Assembly (NCBI GenBank): GCA_965214095.1
Contig: OZ243938.1
Location: forward strand, 416,001-480,000
Length of the DNA stretch: 64,000 nt
From: Candidatus Poribacteria bacterium
Lineage (GTDB): Bacteria; Poribacteria; WGA-4E; WGA-3G
Direction: 5' to 3'
Every line of letters begins with the position of its first letter. Position 1 is the first letter of the stretch. The translations under genes and the position numbers were made by a program. Shown piece after piece: positions 19,271 through 29,286 of this stretch. The notes below the pieces were generated by a model. That model made no database searches and was not told the origin of the DNA. It worked only from the letters and a program-made list of their open reading frames with translations.

Positions 19271-19660
19271 ATGAATCATATTGATTTCTATACTGCAAAG
19301 TTGGAATATGAAACCGATTCTTGGGATCTCAGTGAAGCACTCAATAACGGTGAAGATATTGTTGTTATAGATGCACGTTCACCAGAAACGTATTCTCTTG
19401 AACATATTCCAACTGCAATCAATATTCCTCATAGAACTATGTGTGAGGAAACTACAGACAATCTTGACAAATCTAAATTGTATGTCACATATTGTGATGG
19501 AATCGGGTGTAACGCCTCTACCAAGGGTGCTTTGAATATGTCAAAATTAGGCTTCAAAGTCAAAGAACTCATGGGTGGATTAGATTGGTGGAAACGTGAC
19601 GGTTACGAAACCAATGGAGAACAAGGTGTTGAAGGCACAAAGATCAATTGTGGTTGCTAA
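19271..19660 (+). CDS. Rhodanese-like domain protein
   Basis: VIDAR, HIPTAINIP, YCDGIGCNAS active loop, LMGGLDWW. Confidence 0.9.
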   Translation: MNHIDFYTAKLEYETDSWDLSEALNNGEDIVVIDARSPETYSLEHIPTAINIPHRTMCEETTDNLDKSKLYVTYCDGIGCNASTKGALNMSKLGFKVKELMGGLDWWKRDGYETNGEQGVEGTKINCGC

Positions 19661-19683
19661 ATTAGGGAAATATACATTTTTAT

Positions 19684-19712
19684 TTGCATTTATGTTTTTG
19701 ATTATGTATAAT
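19684..19712 (+). promoter_or_regulatory. Sigma70-type promoter of tRNA-Asn
   Basis: TTGCAT-N17-TATAAT about 20 nt upstream of the tRNA. Confidence 0.7.
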
Positions 19713-19733
19713 TAATAATGTAGTATGTCATAT

Positions 19734-19806
19734 TCCCTCATAGCTCAGTTGGTAGAGCAGATGGCTGTTAACCATCGTGTCGGCGGTTCGAGTCCGTCTG
19801 GGGGAG
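19734..19806 (+). tRNA. tRNA-Asn(GTT), CCA not encoded
   Basis: Acceptor TCCCTCA/TGGGGGA, D arm GCTCAGTTGGTAGAGC, anticodon arm GATGG-CTGTTAA-CCATC, T loop GGTTCGAGTCC, discriminator G. Confidence 0.97.
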
Positions 19807-19815
19807 TTCTAATTT

Positions 19816-19855
19816 ATGCTGACGGACTTGGTATTACCTGTTCGTCAGCATTTTT
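19816..19855 (+). terminator. Rho-independent terminator after tRNA-Asn
   Basis: ATGCTGACGGAC...GTTCGTCAGCAT stem followed by T-tract. Confidence 0.75.
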
Positions 19856-19904
19856 CTTTAAGTGTCTTTTTCATATAACTCAATATTTTCCAACGGAGGT
19901 TGAT

Positions 19905-20729
19905 ATGCCAAGAAAACTAACCGATTCGCATCTTAAGGAATTTGCTACTAAAGGTTATATCATCGTCCCAGATTACTATTCTGGAACGCAACTCACTGAG
20001 ATGCAAGCTGCTCAACGTCGTGTACTTCCTACATGGGAAAAAATAAAAGATAATCCACCGAATGGTAGAGCAATTCTAACTGAATTTCCATCGTCTGAAA
20101 TGGTTCTGTTAGAGGCGATCGTGGATAATGAAGCCTGGAGTTTTGCACGTAAGTGGTTCAAAACAGAACACATTCACTTCCGTGCAGGGTGCATGATCGC
20201 ACGCTATCCGGAATTCAAAGGTGGTGGTGTTGGTAGTGATGCAAGCGGTCTGCATATTGATAATGGCAATAATTCATTACTACCACAGTCTGAATCTGCA
20301 CCAGAATTCGGGCAACTTGTCTTTTGGGTACACCTTGAGGACGTAGGCGAAGATCAGGCTCCACTGAGATTACTTGCAACTGAGTATGGAGATGACACAT
20401 CCAAATATGAACCTCTTGTTTGCACAGGTGGCACCTTGTGTATCTTCTCCAATTATACATTTCATTCTGCCAGTGATTATCTCCGTGAAGATGGACAACG
20501 TTATACTTGGGGATTCGGCTTAGGTCGTGCAGATCATTATTGGGAAGGCTTTCGGCACTATACCGACAAAGGAAAACACCCAACGTTCTCAAAGTTTATC
20601 GGCACTTTGACAGCAGAAGAACGCGAGGTATTTCGGTTTCCACCAGCGGGTCATCCATATTACTCACCCCAGACACTTAAGGCATTGGAAGAGCAATACC
20701 CCGGTTGGAACTCCCGCGGAGAGTATTGA
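19905..20729 (+). CDS. Phytanoyl-CoA dioxygenase (PhyH) family Fe(II)/2-oxoglutarate oxygenase
   Basis: Start MPRKL after GGAGG; F..KGYIIVPDY, LHID (HxD), FHSAS. Confidence 0.85.
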   Translation: MPRKLTDSHLKEFATKGYIIVPDYYSGTQLTEMQAAQRRVLPTWEKIKDNPPNGRAILTEFPSSEMVLLEAIVDNEAWSFARKWFKTEHIHFRAGCMIARYPEFKGGGVGSDASGLHIDNGNNSLLPQSESAPEFGQLVFWVHLEDVGEDQAPLRLLATEYGDDTSKYEPLVCTGGTLCIFSNYTFHSASDYLREDGQRYTWGFGLGRADHYWEGFRHYTDKGKHPTFSKFIGTLTAEEREVFRFPPAGHPYYSPQTLKALEEQYPGWNSRGEY

Positions 20730-20755
20730 TACTTGGGACTCAGTCCAATATGATG

Positions 20756-22390
20756 TTAAAATGTCGTTTTTCGGAGTCGTTCAGAATGTAACCAGCCTAT
20801 AGTATCAATTAGTTTGTCTTGATACTCATGCATCATCACTTCAATGAGAGTAGGTTTATCTGTAGAGAGTGCCTTAGATAACGTTGGTTTAAATTCCTCC
20901 AATTTTTCAACCCTCCATGCCTCAGCACCAAATGATTTTGCAAATTCTACGAAATCTGGATTATGTAATTCTGTGTCAATGGTCCTTCCCTCAAAATTCA
21001 CTATTTGAGAACCTTTAATCGCAGACAATTCATTATCATTCACTACTATAGCCACAACATTGAGTCCGTATTTCACAGCAGTAGCCAGTTCCATTGCACC
21101 CATCATAAATCCGCCATCACCACTAAAGCAGACAACGGGTTGATCAGGAAATGCAACCTTTGCACCGATAGCAGCAGGATAGGAATAACCCAATGCTACA
21201 CCGATATTCGGATGAAGTAATGTCCGCGGGTCATAGATTGGAAAATCAGTGAAAGAGGCGTAACCAAGTGAATGGACATCTATAGAATAGATGGTATTTC
21301 GTGGTAGAACATCCTGAAGTTCATGAATAATTGGTAAAGGTGGTTGTGATTCAAACTTGGCACGTAGTTTCGGCATCACTTCATTCCAACCGTTATCGTC
21401 TGTGGAAACATCCTCAACGAGTGCTTGCAAAGTAAGTTTTAAATCTCCTACGACACCTATATCACAAGGATATTCCTGTCCTATCTCATTTTCATCTTCA
21501 TCAATCTGAATCAATGTGTTAGGAATCTGCATAGTCCAATTTCGCGTATCTATTGAAGTAAACCGAGGTCCAATAGCAATAAGACAGTCAGCCTTATTAA
21601 GTGCTTCTTTACCTAAATATCCATAACAGATTTGAAGTGACAACCGATGATCTTCCGACAAGGCACCCTTTGCACAACGGGAGACTATGACGGGGGCATT
21701 TAGTTTCTCTGCAAGCAACCGTAACTCAGTTCTTGCATTTGCATGAATAACAGCGGAACCAGCAAAAATCAGAGGATATTTTGACTTACGTATTTTATCT
21801 ATAACTGAACTTAGAGATGTATCGTTGGGCGGTGGCAACTCATCTCGTTCAACACGTTGAGGGATTCTGACCTTAGCATTACCAGATGTCACATCCATCG
21901 GAAATTCCAACACTGTCGGTCCAGGTCTACCATTTCTCATTGCTTTAAAAGCGTTCTCAACGACTATTGGAATCTCCGTGGTAGTACGTGCAATAGCACA
22001 ATACTTAGTGATAGGTTCAAAAAAGCGCATCTGGTCTAAACCGTGAAACATCTTACTCGGATGTCTCTTGTAAGTATCTGAATGACTCTGTCCTGTAATC
22101 AACAGCACAGGAACACAATCGGTGTATGCCTCCAAAATCCCTGTTGACGCATTGCTTGCCCCAGGTCCAGGTACAGTAATGGCTACACCTACATCACCTG
22201 TAGCACGTGCAAATCCATCTGCCATCAGGCTTGCTGAGTATTCATGTCTAACAAGGTAATGATTGATAGATCCAGAACCGCGACGCAGCAGCGAATCGTA
22301 GATGTGAATGTTCTGAGTCCCAGGCATCCCGAAAATCGTATTAACCCCTTGTGCTTTCAGACATTCAATAAGTATATCTCCACCGTTCAC
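20756..22390 (-). CDS. Thiamine pyrophosphate-binding protein (acetolactate synthase large subunit-like)
   Basis: FGMPG, RHE, GPGASN, GDGGF...NDN TPP motif. Confidence 0.9.
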   Translation of the reverse strand: MNGGDILIECLKAQGVNTIFGMPGTQNIHIYDSLLRRGSGSINHYLVRHEYSASLMADGFARATGDVGVAITVPGPGASNASTGILEAYTDCVPVLLITGQSHSDTYKRHPSKMFHGLDQMRFFEPITKYCAIARTTTEIPIVVENAFKAMRNGRPGPTVLEFPMDVTSGNAKVRIPQRVERDELPPPNDTSLSSVIDKIRKSKYPLIFAGSAVIHANARTELRLLAEKLNAPVIVSRCAKGALSEDHRLSLQICYGYLGKEALNKADCLIAIGPRFTSIDTRNWTMQIPNTLIQIDEDENEIGQEYPCDIGVVGDLKLTLQALVEDVSTDDNGWNEVMPKLRAKFESQPPLPIIHELQDVLPRNTIYSIDVHSLGYASFTDFPIYDPRTLLHPNIGVALGYSYPAAIGAKVAFPDQPVVCFSGDGGFMMGAMELATAVKYGLNVVAIVVNDNELSAIKGSQIVNFEGRTIDTELHNPDFVEFAKSFGAEAWRVEKLEEFKPTLSKALSTDKPTLIEVMMHEYQDKLIDTIGWLHSERLRKTTF

Positions 22391-22524
22391 ACATCACTCT
22401 CCTTTGTGCTTTTTCAAAAAGTCCTCCAACCAAGCATCTGGATCACGTCCAAGTTTCCGCAGAAACAGACATCCTATTTTCTTAACATAATTTGGAAGAA
22501 GGTTAAATAGTCTTAATTGCCAAC

Positions 22525-23703
22525 TCATAATTGTTTAGAGGACAGATCAGATCTGGTCAATAGTGTATTACCTGTAACTTTATCAAACAAGTGTATTCGG
22601 TCAGGAACAAACGATACATAGATATGTTCCCCAATTTTTGCTTCAAAACTGGGTGAGGTGCGAGATTTGATAATCGTATGTGAACCATCACTATCTTTTC
22701 CAAGCGTAATCTCAACAATCGTTTCAGCACCCAGTGGTTCAACGCTGTATACTTCCGCTTTAAATGTATTGACATCAGAATCAAGAGTATTAGCAATAAA
22801 CTCCTGATGAACAAGCACATCCTCAGGATGTGTCCCAATTACCAAATCTTGATTTGTATCTATTTCACCTAACGTTTCTGCCATTTTTTCATCACGGATG
22901 GCAAATGTATGTTCTTCTTTCCCATTACCAGGCAATCTAACTTGGTATGTTCCATTGTTGCTAAAGATGTTACACGGAATACAGTTCATACTTGGGCTGC
23001 CGATAAATCCTGCTACGAATAAATTAGTTGGATGGTTGTATATCTCCGAGGGTGTACCCAGCTGCTGAATCTTTCCAGAATCAAGTACTGCGATACGATC
23101 TGCCATAGACATCGCTTCCACCTGATCATGCGTTACATAAAAGGTAGTCGTTCCAAGTTGACGTTGCCGCCATCTAATTTCAACACGCATTTCAGCACGT
23201 AATTTTGCATCAAGGTTAGAAATCGGTTCATCCATGAGAAAAACCTGTGGATGTCGCACCATTGCCCTACCTAATCCTACACGTTGTGTTTCGCCACCAC
23301 TCAACTGATTTGGCGTTCGCATCAGAAGATGTTCAATATGTAACATCTGAGCAATATCTCGCACACGACTGTCTATTTCTTGTGCTGATAATTTACGAGG
23401 ATGTAGTGGGAAAGCCATATTCTCGTAAACAGATAAGTGAGGATAAAGAATATGTGATTGAAACACAAACGCAACATCGCGCTCTGCGGGGGTTTTGTCA
23501 TTCACACGCACATCGTCTAAATAGATGCTACCTTCTTCAGGTTTGTCTAATCCAGCGATACAGCGGAGTGTCGTTGTTTTTCCTGCTCCGGTCTGCCCCA
23601 GCAAGACGAAAAATTCCTCGTCTTTTACATCAAGTGTGATGTTGTCTAAAGCTGTGAGCTCACCAAAACGTTTCGTAATGTTTTCAAGTTTTACTGTTGC
23701 CAT
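22525..23703 (-). CDS. Sugar ABC transporter ATP-binding protein (MalK family)
   Basis: GQTGAGKT, LSGGE, MDEP, TOBE C-terminus. Confidence 0.92.
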   Translation of the reverse strand: MATVKLENITKRFGELTALDNITLDVKDEEFFVLLGQTGAGKTTTLRCIAGLDKPEEGSIYLDDVRVNDKTPAERDVAFVFQSHILYPHLSVYENMAFPLHPRKLSAQEIDSRVRDIAQMLHIEHLLMRTPNQLSGGETQRVGLGRAMVRHPQVFLMDEPISNLDAKLRAEMRVEIRWRQRQLGTTTFYVTHDQVEAMSMADRIAVLDSGKIQQLGTPSEIYNHPTNLFVAGFIGSPSMNCIPCNIFSNNGTYQVRLPGNGKEEHTFAIRDEKMAETLGEIDTNQDLVIGTHPEDVLVHQEFIANTLDSDVNTFKAEVYSVEPLGAETIVEITLGKDSDGSHTIIKSRTSPSFEAKIGEHIYVSFVPDRIHLFDKVTGNTLLTRSDLSSKQL

Positions 23704-23867
23704 TTTTGTTTAGTCTTTGATAAGATATATTCATATTATTGCATGATATGTATTGTAAGTCAATACAAGAGTATGTAAAGTCAGGATTATTTAGGTTTCG
23801 GTATTTCTTGTGTTTTTTTACAAATGCTAAATGCTCCAAGTCGGTAGGTTCGGTTTCCTAACCGAAC

Positions 23868-24038
23868 CATGGGCGTCAATTTAGTGTAAATTAGGCGTTT
23901 TCCCCAGACTGGTAGGTTCGGTTTCCTAACCGAACCGGATCCTACGCGAGAACCTCTATGAAGGTATTTGGCACAAAGCCGGTTCGGTTTCCTAACCGAA
24001 CCTACCAGCCCTGGAAGGACGCTAAACTGACACCTATG
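23868..24038. mobile_element. Non-autonomous IS231-like MITE carrying two REP hairpins
   Basis: Ends CATGGGCGTCAATTTA / TAAACTGACACCTATG resemble the IRs of the IS at 27699-29186; left end abuts REP GTTCGGTTTCCTAACCGAAC. Confidence 0.75.
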
Positions 24039-24105
24039 GTTTCGTTCCTCAACCCAACCGAAGTGGCAATTGAATTAATCTATCAAACTCACGTTAACAA
24101 ATAAG

Positions 24106-24134
24106 TTGACGACAGCAATCAAATCTGGTAATCT
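24106..24134 (+). promoter_or_regulatory. Putative sigma70 promoter of the NuoEF-like gene
   Basis: TTGACG-N17-TAATCT. Confidence 0.45.
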
Positions 24135-24185
24135 TATATTCAGAAATTATTTTCAATTTCACAAGAAATCACAGTGGAGTTATAG

Positions 24186-25814
24186 ATGCCAACAAATGGT
24201 GAACTGATTGAAAAATGGCGTGATGCCCCTGCACCACTACTCGGTATATTACACGCTTTTCATGACAGAGATGGATATATCTCAGAAGAAACATTACGGG
24301 ACATTGCAGTTGGATTTCGGATTCCACTTGCAGAACTGTTTGGCACTCTAACTTTTTATCACCATTTTGCTGACAAAGCCCCAGGTCAATCAGCACCGCG
24401 TGTATGCACCGGTCCTGTCTGTCGTTTGAATGGAGGCTTGGAAATTCTTGAAACTTTAAAGCCTGAAGGGGCAACACCAATGGCATGTGCTGGAAGATGT
24501 GACGATTTTGTTCCAGTGCTAAAAGGACATCAAGTATTCACAGGAACGCAAGTTGACACACTCTCAGTACAACCTACTCCATTACCACCTCCATACCCAG
24601 GTGAAAAAGAAGAATGTATTTTTGCACATATACGAGAACCAGGTCAAAATACGGTTGAAGGATATCAATCTACTGGTGGATATGAAGGATTAAAACTTGC
24701 AGTTACAACATTGACACCTAATGAAGTAATTGATATATTAAAAGAAAGTCAACTTGCAGGTAGAGGTGGTGCGGGATTTCCCACAGGTATAAAATGGGAA
24801 TCGGTATTGGATGCACCGGGTGAACCAAAAACCATTATATGCAACGCAGATGAAGGGGAACCAGGCTGTTTCAAGGACAGAGTTATTCTTGATTATGCAC
24901 CTCACATGGTAATTGAAGGGATGACACTTGCGGCTTATGCTACTGGTGCAACCCGTGGTTTCATCTATCTTAGATATGAGTATCCTGAAACTTTGAATAT
25001 TCTTGAACAAGCAATCAAGGAAGCAGAATCAGAAGGTCTTGTTGGCGATGGTATTCTCGGAGAACAGTTCAATTTCCATATATATATTAGACGTGGTGCT
25101 GGTGCTTATGTCTGTGGTGAAGAAGGTTCATTGTTAAATAGTTTGGAAGGTAAACACCCATTCCCAAGGAACAGACCGCCATATCCAGTTACGCATGGGT
25201 TTGAAAACCTACCTACTGTCGTAAACAATGTGGAAACACTTGCAGCCACCACGAAAATTATACGACACGGAGCTGCATGGTACAAAAGTTTGAGTTACCA
25301 TGAAGATTTTGCGGGTACAAAAATCATCAGTTTATCAGGTGATATACAACACCCAGGGAATTATGAAGTGCCATTCGGACTACCACTTGAAACATTGCTT
25401 TATGACTGGGCAGATGGACCGAAGGATGGGAGGCAATTTCAAGCAATAACTTCTGCAGGTTTATCTGGCGGATTTATTGGGGTAAGTGATTTTGACATTA
25501 CAATTGATGAACCGAGTTTTCAGAAGGTAGGCTCAATGCTCGGTGCAGCAGGAATAATGGTTTTTGATGATACACGTGATATGCTTGATATCGCACACAA
25601 CGCAATGGAGTTTTTCGCCGATGAATCTTGCGGTAAGTGTTTCCCTTGTCGTATCGGAACACACAGAATTACAGAACTATTATCAGAACCACTGCATACA
25701 AAATCTATAGAACTTATCTCTGAAATTGGTACCGTAATGAGGGCAACAAGTGCTTGTGGACTCGGAACTGCTGCACCAAATGTGTCGGATAGTTTGTTGC
25801 GAATGATTTCGTAA
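24186..25814 (+). CDS. NuoE-NuoF fusion (NADH-binding FMN/Fe-S diaphorase subunit, HoxF/FdsB-like)
   Basis: CTGPVC...CAGRC [2Fe-2S]; GRGGAGFPTG, CNADEGEPG, GAYVCGEE, ESCGKCFPCRIG...CGLG. Confidence 0.9.
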   Translation: MPTNGELIEKWRDAPAPLLGILHAFHDRDGYISEETLRDIAVGFRIPLAELFGTLTFYHHFADKAPGQSAPRVCTGPVCRLNGGLEILETLKPEGATPMACAGRCDDFVPVLKGHQVFTGTQVDTLSVQPTPLPPPYPGEKEECIFAHIREPGQNTVEGYQSTGGYEGLKLAVTTLTPNEVIDILKESQLAGRGGAGFPTGIKWESVLDAPGEPKTIICNADEGEPGCFKDRVILDYAPHMVIEGMTLAAYATGATRGFIYLRYEYPETLNILEQAIKEAESEGLVGDGILGEQFNFHIYIRRGAGAYVCGEEGSLLNSLEGKHPFPRNRPPYPVTHGFENLPTVVNNVETLAATTKIIRHGAAWYKSLSYHEDFAGTKIISLSGDIQHPGNYEVPFGLPLETLLYDWADGPKDGRQFQAITSAGLSGGFIGVSDFDITIDEPSFQKVGSMLGAAGIMVFDDTRDMLDIAHNAMEFFADESCGKCFPCRIGTHRITELLSEPLHTKSIELISEIGTVMRATSACGLGTAAPNVSDSLLRMIS

Positions 25815-25878
25815 ACTTTATGTTGAAATTGAAGTGTTATGTAGTTCATAATTTGACAAGTTATTCCAGCATATTCTG

Positions 25879-27075
25879 ATGTTGACTCGAGGATTTATAT
25901 CTCTTTGTCTCATCGTATTTGTAATCGGACTGATTACGGCTCCTGTCCACTTTTTCTTTCCGGTTTATACAGAATCAGAATTAGGGAAAGATGCGTTTTT
26001 TGCTGGGATTTTACGGGCAATACCTATCAGTCTCGGAGGAATTACAGCACTTATTGGAGGAACACTCAGCGACCGCTTCGGAAGGAAACCCACGTTACTT
26101 ATCGGCATGTCCGGTGCGGTTGTAATTGGAGCACTCTTCACAACTCAAATACCACTGTTTATATGGGGTATTCTGTGTTATCAGGGGATCGCTTCAGGTT
26201 TCAAAACAGCAGGAGGACAATCATATTTAATCAGTGCTGTACCATCTAATAAACTTGGTTTTGCAACAGGTCTCTATTTCATCAGTAGTACTGTCGGGGG
26301 TGCATTAGGGAATGCCATTGCAGGTGAAACCATTCATCGAATCAATTTCCAAATATTCGGTGTAAGTTCAGTTGTATTTTCTGGACTACTGTTTTTATGT
26401 GCAATTCTTTATTTGCCGCGTGTGCGACAGAATGTCCAGAATGTTGATCAGAATCAAAAAGGCATCTGGAAATCGACACTCAACATAGGGAAATATATCA
26501 ACCTTTGTCGCAAGTCCAACATTCGGATGTTAATTGGCTTACGCGTTTTTCCAACCTATTATTGGGGTTCTGTCAATCTACTCCTGCCGATTCTGATAAA
26601 TCAACTTGGTGGCAATAGAGCGACTGGATATTATGGAGCAATGAGTCTACTTTTTGCCTTTGCTTGTCAGTTGGTTACTGGTAAAATATGTGATGTAAAG
26701 GGGCATAGACTTCCTGCTTTAGTAGCAAATATAGTCGTTACGCTTCTTGCTTTTGGATTAGTCTTTTTTCACAACTCGTTATTCGGACTGGAATTGTTTG
26801 GGATACTCGGTGCTGGTGCTGCTTGGGCACTTTCAACTACAATACCACGATTTATCAATGAATTTACAACTCCTCAAGAGAAGGGACACGGCGTAGGTCT
26901 AACACATTTAGCTTGGAGCACCGGATTTCTTCTCGGTTTCGTCGCAAGTGGGTATTTGCTGAAAATTTCTACTCATCTGCCTTTTCTTGTCGCAGGAGTT
27001 TTTCTCATTTGTTCATCATGTATAGCCTATAAACTATTTAATATAAAATCACCAATTAGAAAGGAACACCTATGA
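25879..27075 (+). CDS. MFS transporter
   Basis: GTLSDRFGRK motif A; about 12 TM helices. Confidence 0.9.
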   Translation: MLTRGFISLCLIVFVIGLITAPVHFFFPVYTESELGKDAFFAGILRAIPISLGGITALIGGTLSDRFGRKPTLLIGMSGAVVIGALFTTQIPLFIWGILCYQGIASGFKTAGGQSYLISAVPSNKLGFATGLYFISSTVGGALGNAIAGETIHRINFQIFGVSSVVFSGLLFLCAILYLPRVRQNVQNVDQNQKGIWKSTLNIGKYINLCRKSNIRMLIGLRVFPTYYWGSVNLLLPILINQLGGNRATGYYGAMSLLFAFACQLVTGKICDVKGHRLPALVANIVVTLLAFGLVFFHNSLFGLELFGILGAGAAWALSTTIPRFINEFTTPQEKGHGVGLTHLAWSTGFLLGFVASGYLLKISTHLPFLVAGVFLICSSCIAYKLFNIKSPIRKEHL

Positions 27076-27599
27076 ATATTGTTGAACTTGATTTAGAAAA
27101 TGCTGAACACCTTGAACTTACCAAATCGGAATGGCGGTTTGCAGAAGGACTTGTCCCAGGTGAACCAAATGGCGGCTTAGTCAATCTGATGTCAGATTCA
27201 CCAGCGCGAAATGCTGATTATGACGATTCCGGTTGGGACGTTTGTGAGAATATCCAAGAAATCGTTCTATCCGGACTATGTTTTGGATGGTATCGGATTA
27301 CCGTCACAATTCCTGAAGAAGTTGATGGAAAGTCTGTTACCGGGTCAAAAGTGTGGTTTCACACTTGTATTGATGACTACGGTGAAGTCTGGGTTGACGG
27401 TGAAATTGACTTAGCTTTCGGTGAATCTGGACGTGGTGCTGCTTCTGGATTCAATGCCCCACAACGGGTGGTTGTATCCGAAAGTGCTGAACCCGGAGCG
27501 AAACATGTCCTTGCCTGTTTAGCTATAAACGGACCTCTTGCAAGACCGGGAGGCGGCATTTTTCTCCGTTTTGCAAAACTTGAATTTGAAAGTGAATAA
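27072..27599 (+). CDS. Stand-alone galactose-binding-like (GH2 N-terminal-like) domain protein
   Basis: YDDSGW, GWYRITVTIP, IDDYGEVWVDG; ATGA overlap with the MFS gene. Confidence 0.65.
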   Translation: MNIVELDLENAEHLELTKSEWRFAEGLVPGEPNGGLVNLMSDSPARNADYDDSGWDVCENIQEIVLSGLCFGWYRITVTIPEEVDGKSVTGSKVWFHTCIDDYGEVWVDGEIDLAFGESGRGAASGFNAPQRVVVSESAEPGAKHVLACLAINGPLARPGGGIFLRFAKLEFESE

Positions 27600-27698
27600 T
27601 GCAATATAATGTTGTGGGGTGGTTCTACACCATTCCACATAGATTTAGTGTAAATTAGGCGTTTCCCCAGGACGGTAGGTTCGGTTTCCTAACCGAAC

Positions 27699-29186
27699 CA
27701 TAGGCGTCAATTTAAGGATGCACCAAGACCGATAAGTGTCAACTTTTAATCAGAGAAAGTATAAATTATGAAATAAAACTTCTGTAAAAATGAAAACACC
27801 TCATATATAATGTAGATATAGATTTATTATGGTCTACAAAGAGGTGTTTCCTAATGAATACATTATCACAAGTTCCCAAAGAAATGCAACATATTCTTAC
27901 AACTATAGCCAATGATGCAGCTCTCAATACAGGTTTTGTCAAAAGAAGTTGTAAACTCAACGGTAGTCGTTTTGCTCAAATACTCATTTGGACTTGGTTA
28001 GAAAACCCAGATGCCACCTATACACAACTTGCGCAAACCGCTGGTGTGCTGGGGATTTCAATCTCACGACAAGCCATTGAACAACGATTTACATCTGAAG
28101 CAGCAGAGACCCTGAAAGTTATCCTTGATGCTACTGCGTCCAAGGTTATTTCTGCCGACCCGCAAACGCTTCCGCTCCTTGAAAAGTTCACTGGTGTCTA
28201 TTTACAAGATAGTTCTTGGATTACACTCCCTGATGTGCTCCACGAAACTTGGGAAGGTGGAAGCAAAAAGAATAAACCGAACACAGCTGCCGTGAAACTC
28301 CACCTGCGTTTTGATAGTGCCACAGGCACTTTTGAACACTTTGAACTGACCAATGGTATCACCGCTGATAGTGCTATTGAAAAGCAGATTGACATGCTAC
28401 CCGCCGGCAGTTTGCGCCTCGCAGACCTCGGCTATTATTCACTTGATACCTTCAAAAGACTTTCCGATGCAAACGTCTTTTGGATATCACGCTACAAAGT
28501 CCAGTGTTTTCTCTATGATGAAACAGGTGCCCCTTTTTGTTTGCTAAAATGGCTCAAGAAGGGTTCTAATAACTTCAAGGACAAACAAATCTTTATAGGT
28601 AAAAACAAGCGTCTCAAAGCACGATTAGTTGTTCAAAGACTTTCAGAAACAGAAACCCAACAGCGTATTAAGGAGATAAAACATCGTGCAAAGCGGAAGT
28701 ATACGAAACCTTCACCCAAACGACTTCAGCTCGCAAGATGGAATATCTACATTACTAATATAAAAGTAGACCATCTGACTGCTGAACAGATTTGTGCTGT
28801 CGCACGCATCCGATGGCAGGTTGAGTTGATGTTCAAGTGCTTCAAAAGCATTGGAAAAGTTGATACCTCCCGTAGCGACAAGCCATATAGAATCTTATGT
28901 GAGTTATATGCAAAACTCATCGTCGCAATTATGCGGCACTGGATCATGTTAAGGGTCGGTTGGCGATGTCTAAAACATAGTCTAACAAAAACAGCAGAAC
29001 TTATTAGCACCTTCGCACGCACACTTGCAATAGGTTTCCGCAAGTCTATAATGTCTTTTCGGCAAACTTTTGATGAAATAAAACACGCTTTCCAAAATGG
29101 GTGCTACATTGAGAGACGTGCTAATAGAGACACAACATTAGAACACCTTGAAAATGCAGCAAAAAATCACTAAATTGACGCTTATG
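27699..29186 (+). mobile_element. IS4-family insertion sequence (IS231-like CAT...ATG ends), 1488 bp
   Basis: IRL CATAGGCGTCAATTTA and IRR TAAATTGACGCTTATG (15/16 match); flanked by 20-bp direct repeats 27679-27698 and 29187-29206. Confidence 0.92.
27854..29173 (+). CDS. IS4-family DDE transposase
   Basis: LQDSS (D), LADLGYY (D), RIRWQVELMFK (YREK-like, E). Confidence 0.93.
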   Translation: MNTLSQVPKEMQHILTTIANDAALNTGFVKRSCKLNGSRFAQILIWTWLENPDATYTQLAQTAGVLGISISRQAIEQRFTSEAAETLKVILDATASKVISADPQTLPLLEKFTGVYLQDSSWITLPDVLHETWEGGSKKNKPNTAAVKLHLRFDSATGTFEHFELTNGITADSAIEKQIDMLPAGSLRLADLGYYSLDTFKRLSDANVFWISRYKVQCFLYDETGAPFCLLKWLKKGSNNFKDKQIFIGKNKRLKARLVVQRLSETETQQRIKEIKHRAKRKYTKPSPKRLQLARWNIYITNIKVDHLTAEQICAVARIRWQVELMFKCFKSIGKVDTSRSDKPYRILCELYAKLIVAIMRHWIMLRVGWRCLKHSLTKTAELISTFARTLAIGFRKSIMSFRQTFDEIKHAFQNGCYIERRANRDTTLEHLENAAKNH

Positions 29187-29286
29187 GTTCGGTTTCCTAA
29201 CCGAACCTACCGGTACTGGAAGGACGCTAAATTGACGCTTATGGGTGGTTCTACACCATCCCACATAGATTTAGGATAAGCAGGCT

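Noticed and set aside
19734-19806. tRNA as prophage or island attachment site
   Set aside because: No integrase and no duplicated tRNA 3' end seen in the window
19725-19904. N-terminal extension of the 334-aa ORF
   Set aside because: It is a translation of tRNA-Asn and its terminator; the real start is 19905 with an RBS
23843-24060. Palindromic repeats at near-regular spacing resembling a mini-CRISPR
   Set aside because: The same palindrome is dispersed through the window, starts with GTAG and sits in IS-ended shells, so it is a REP
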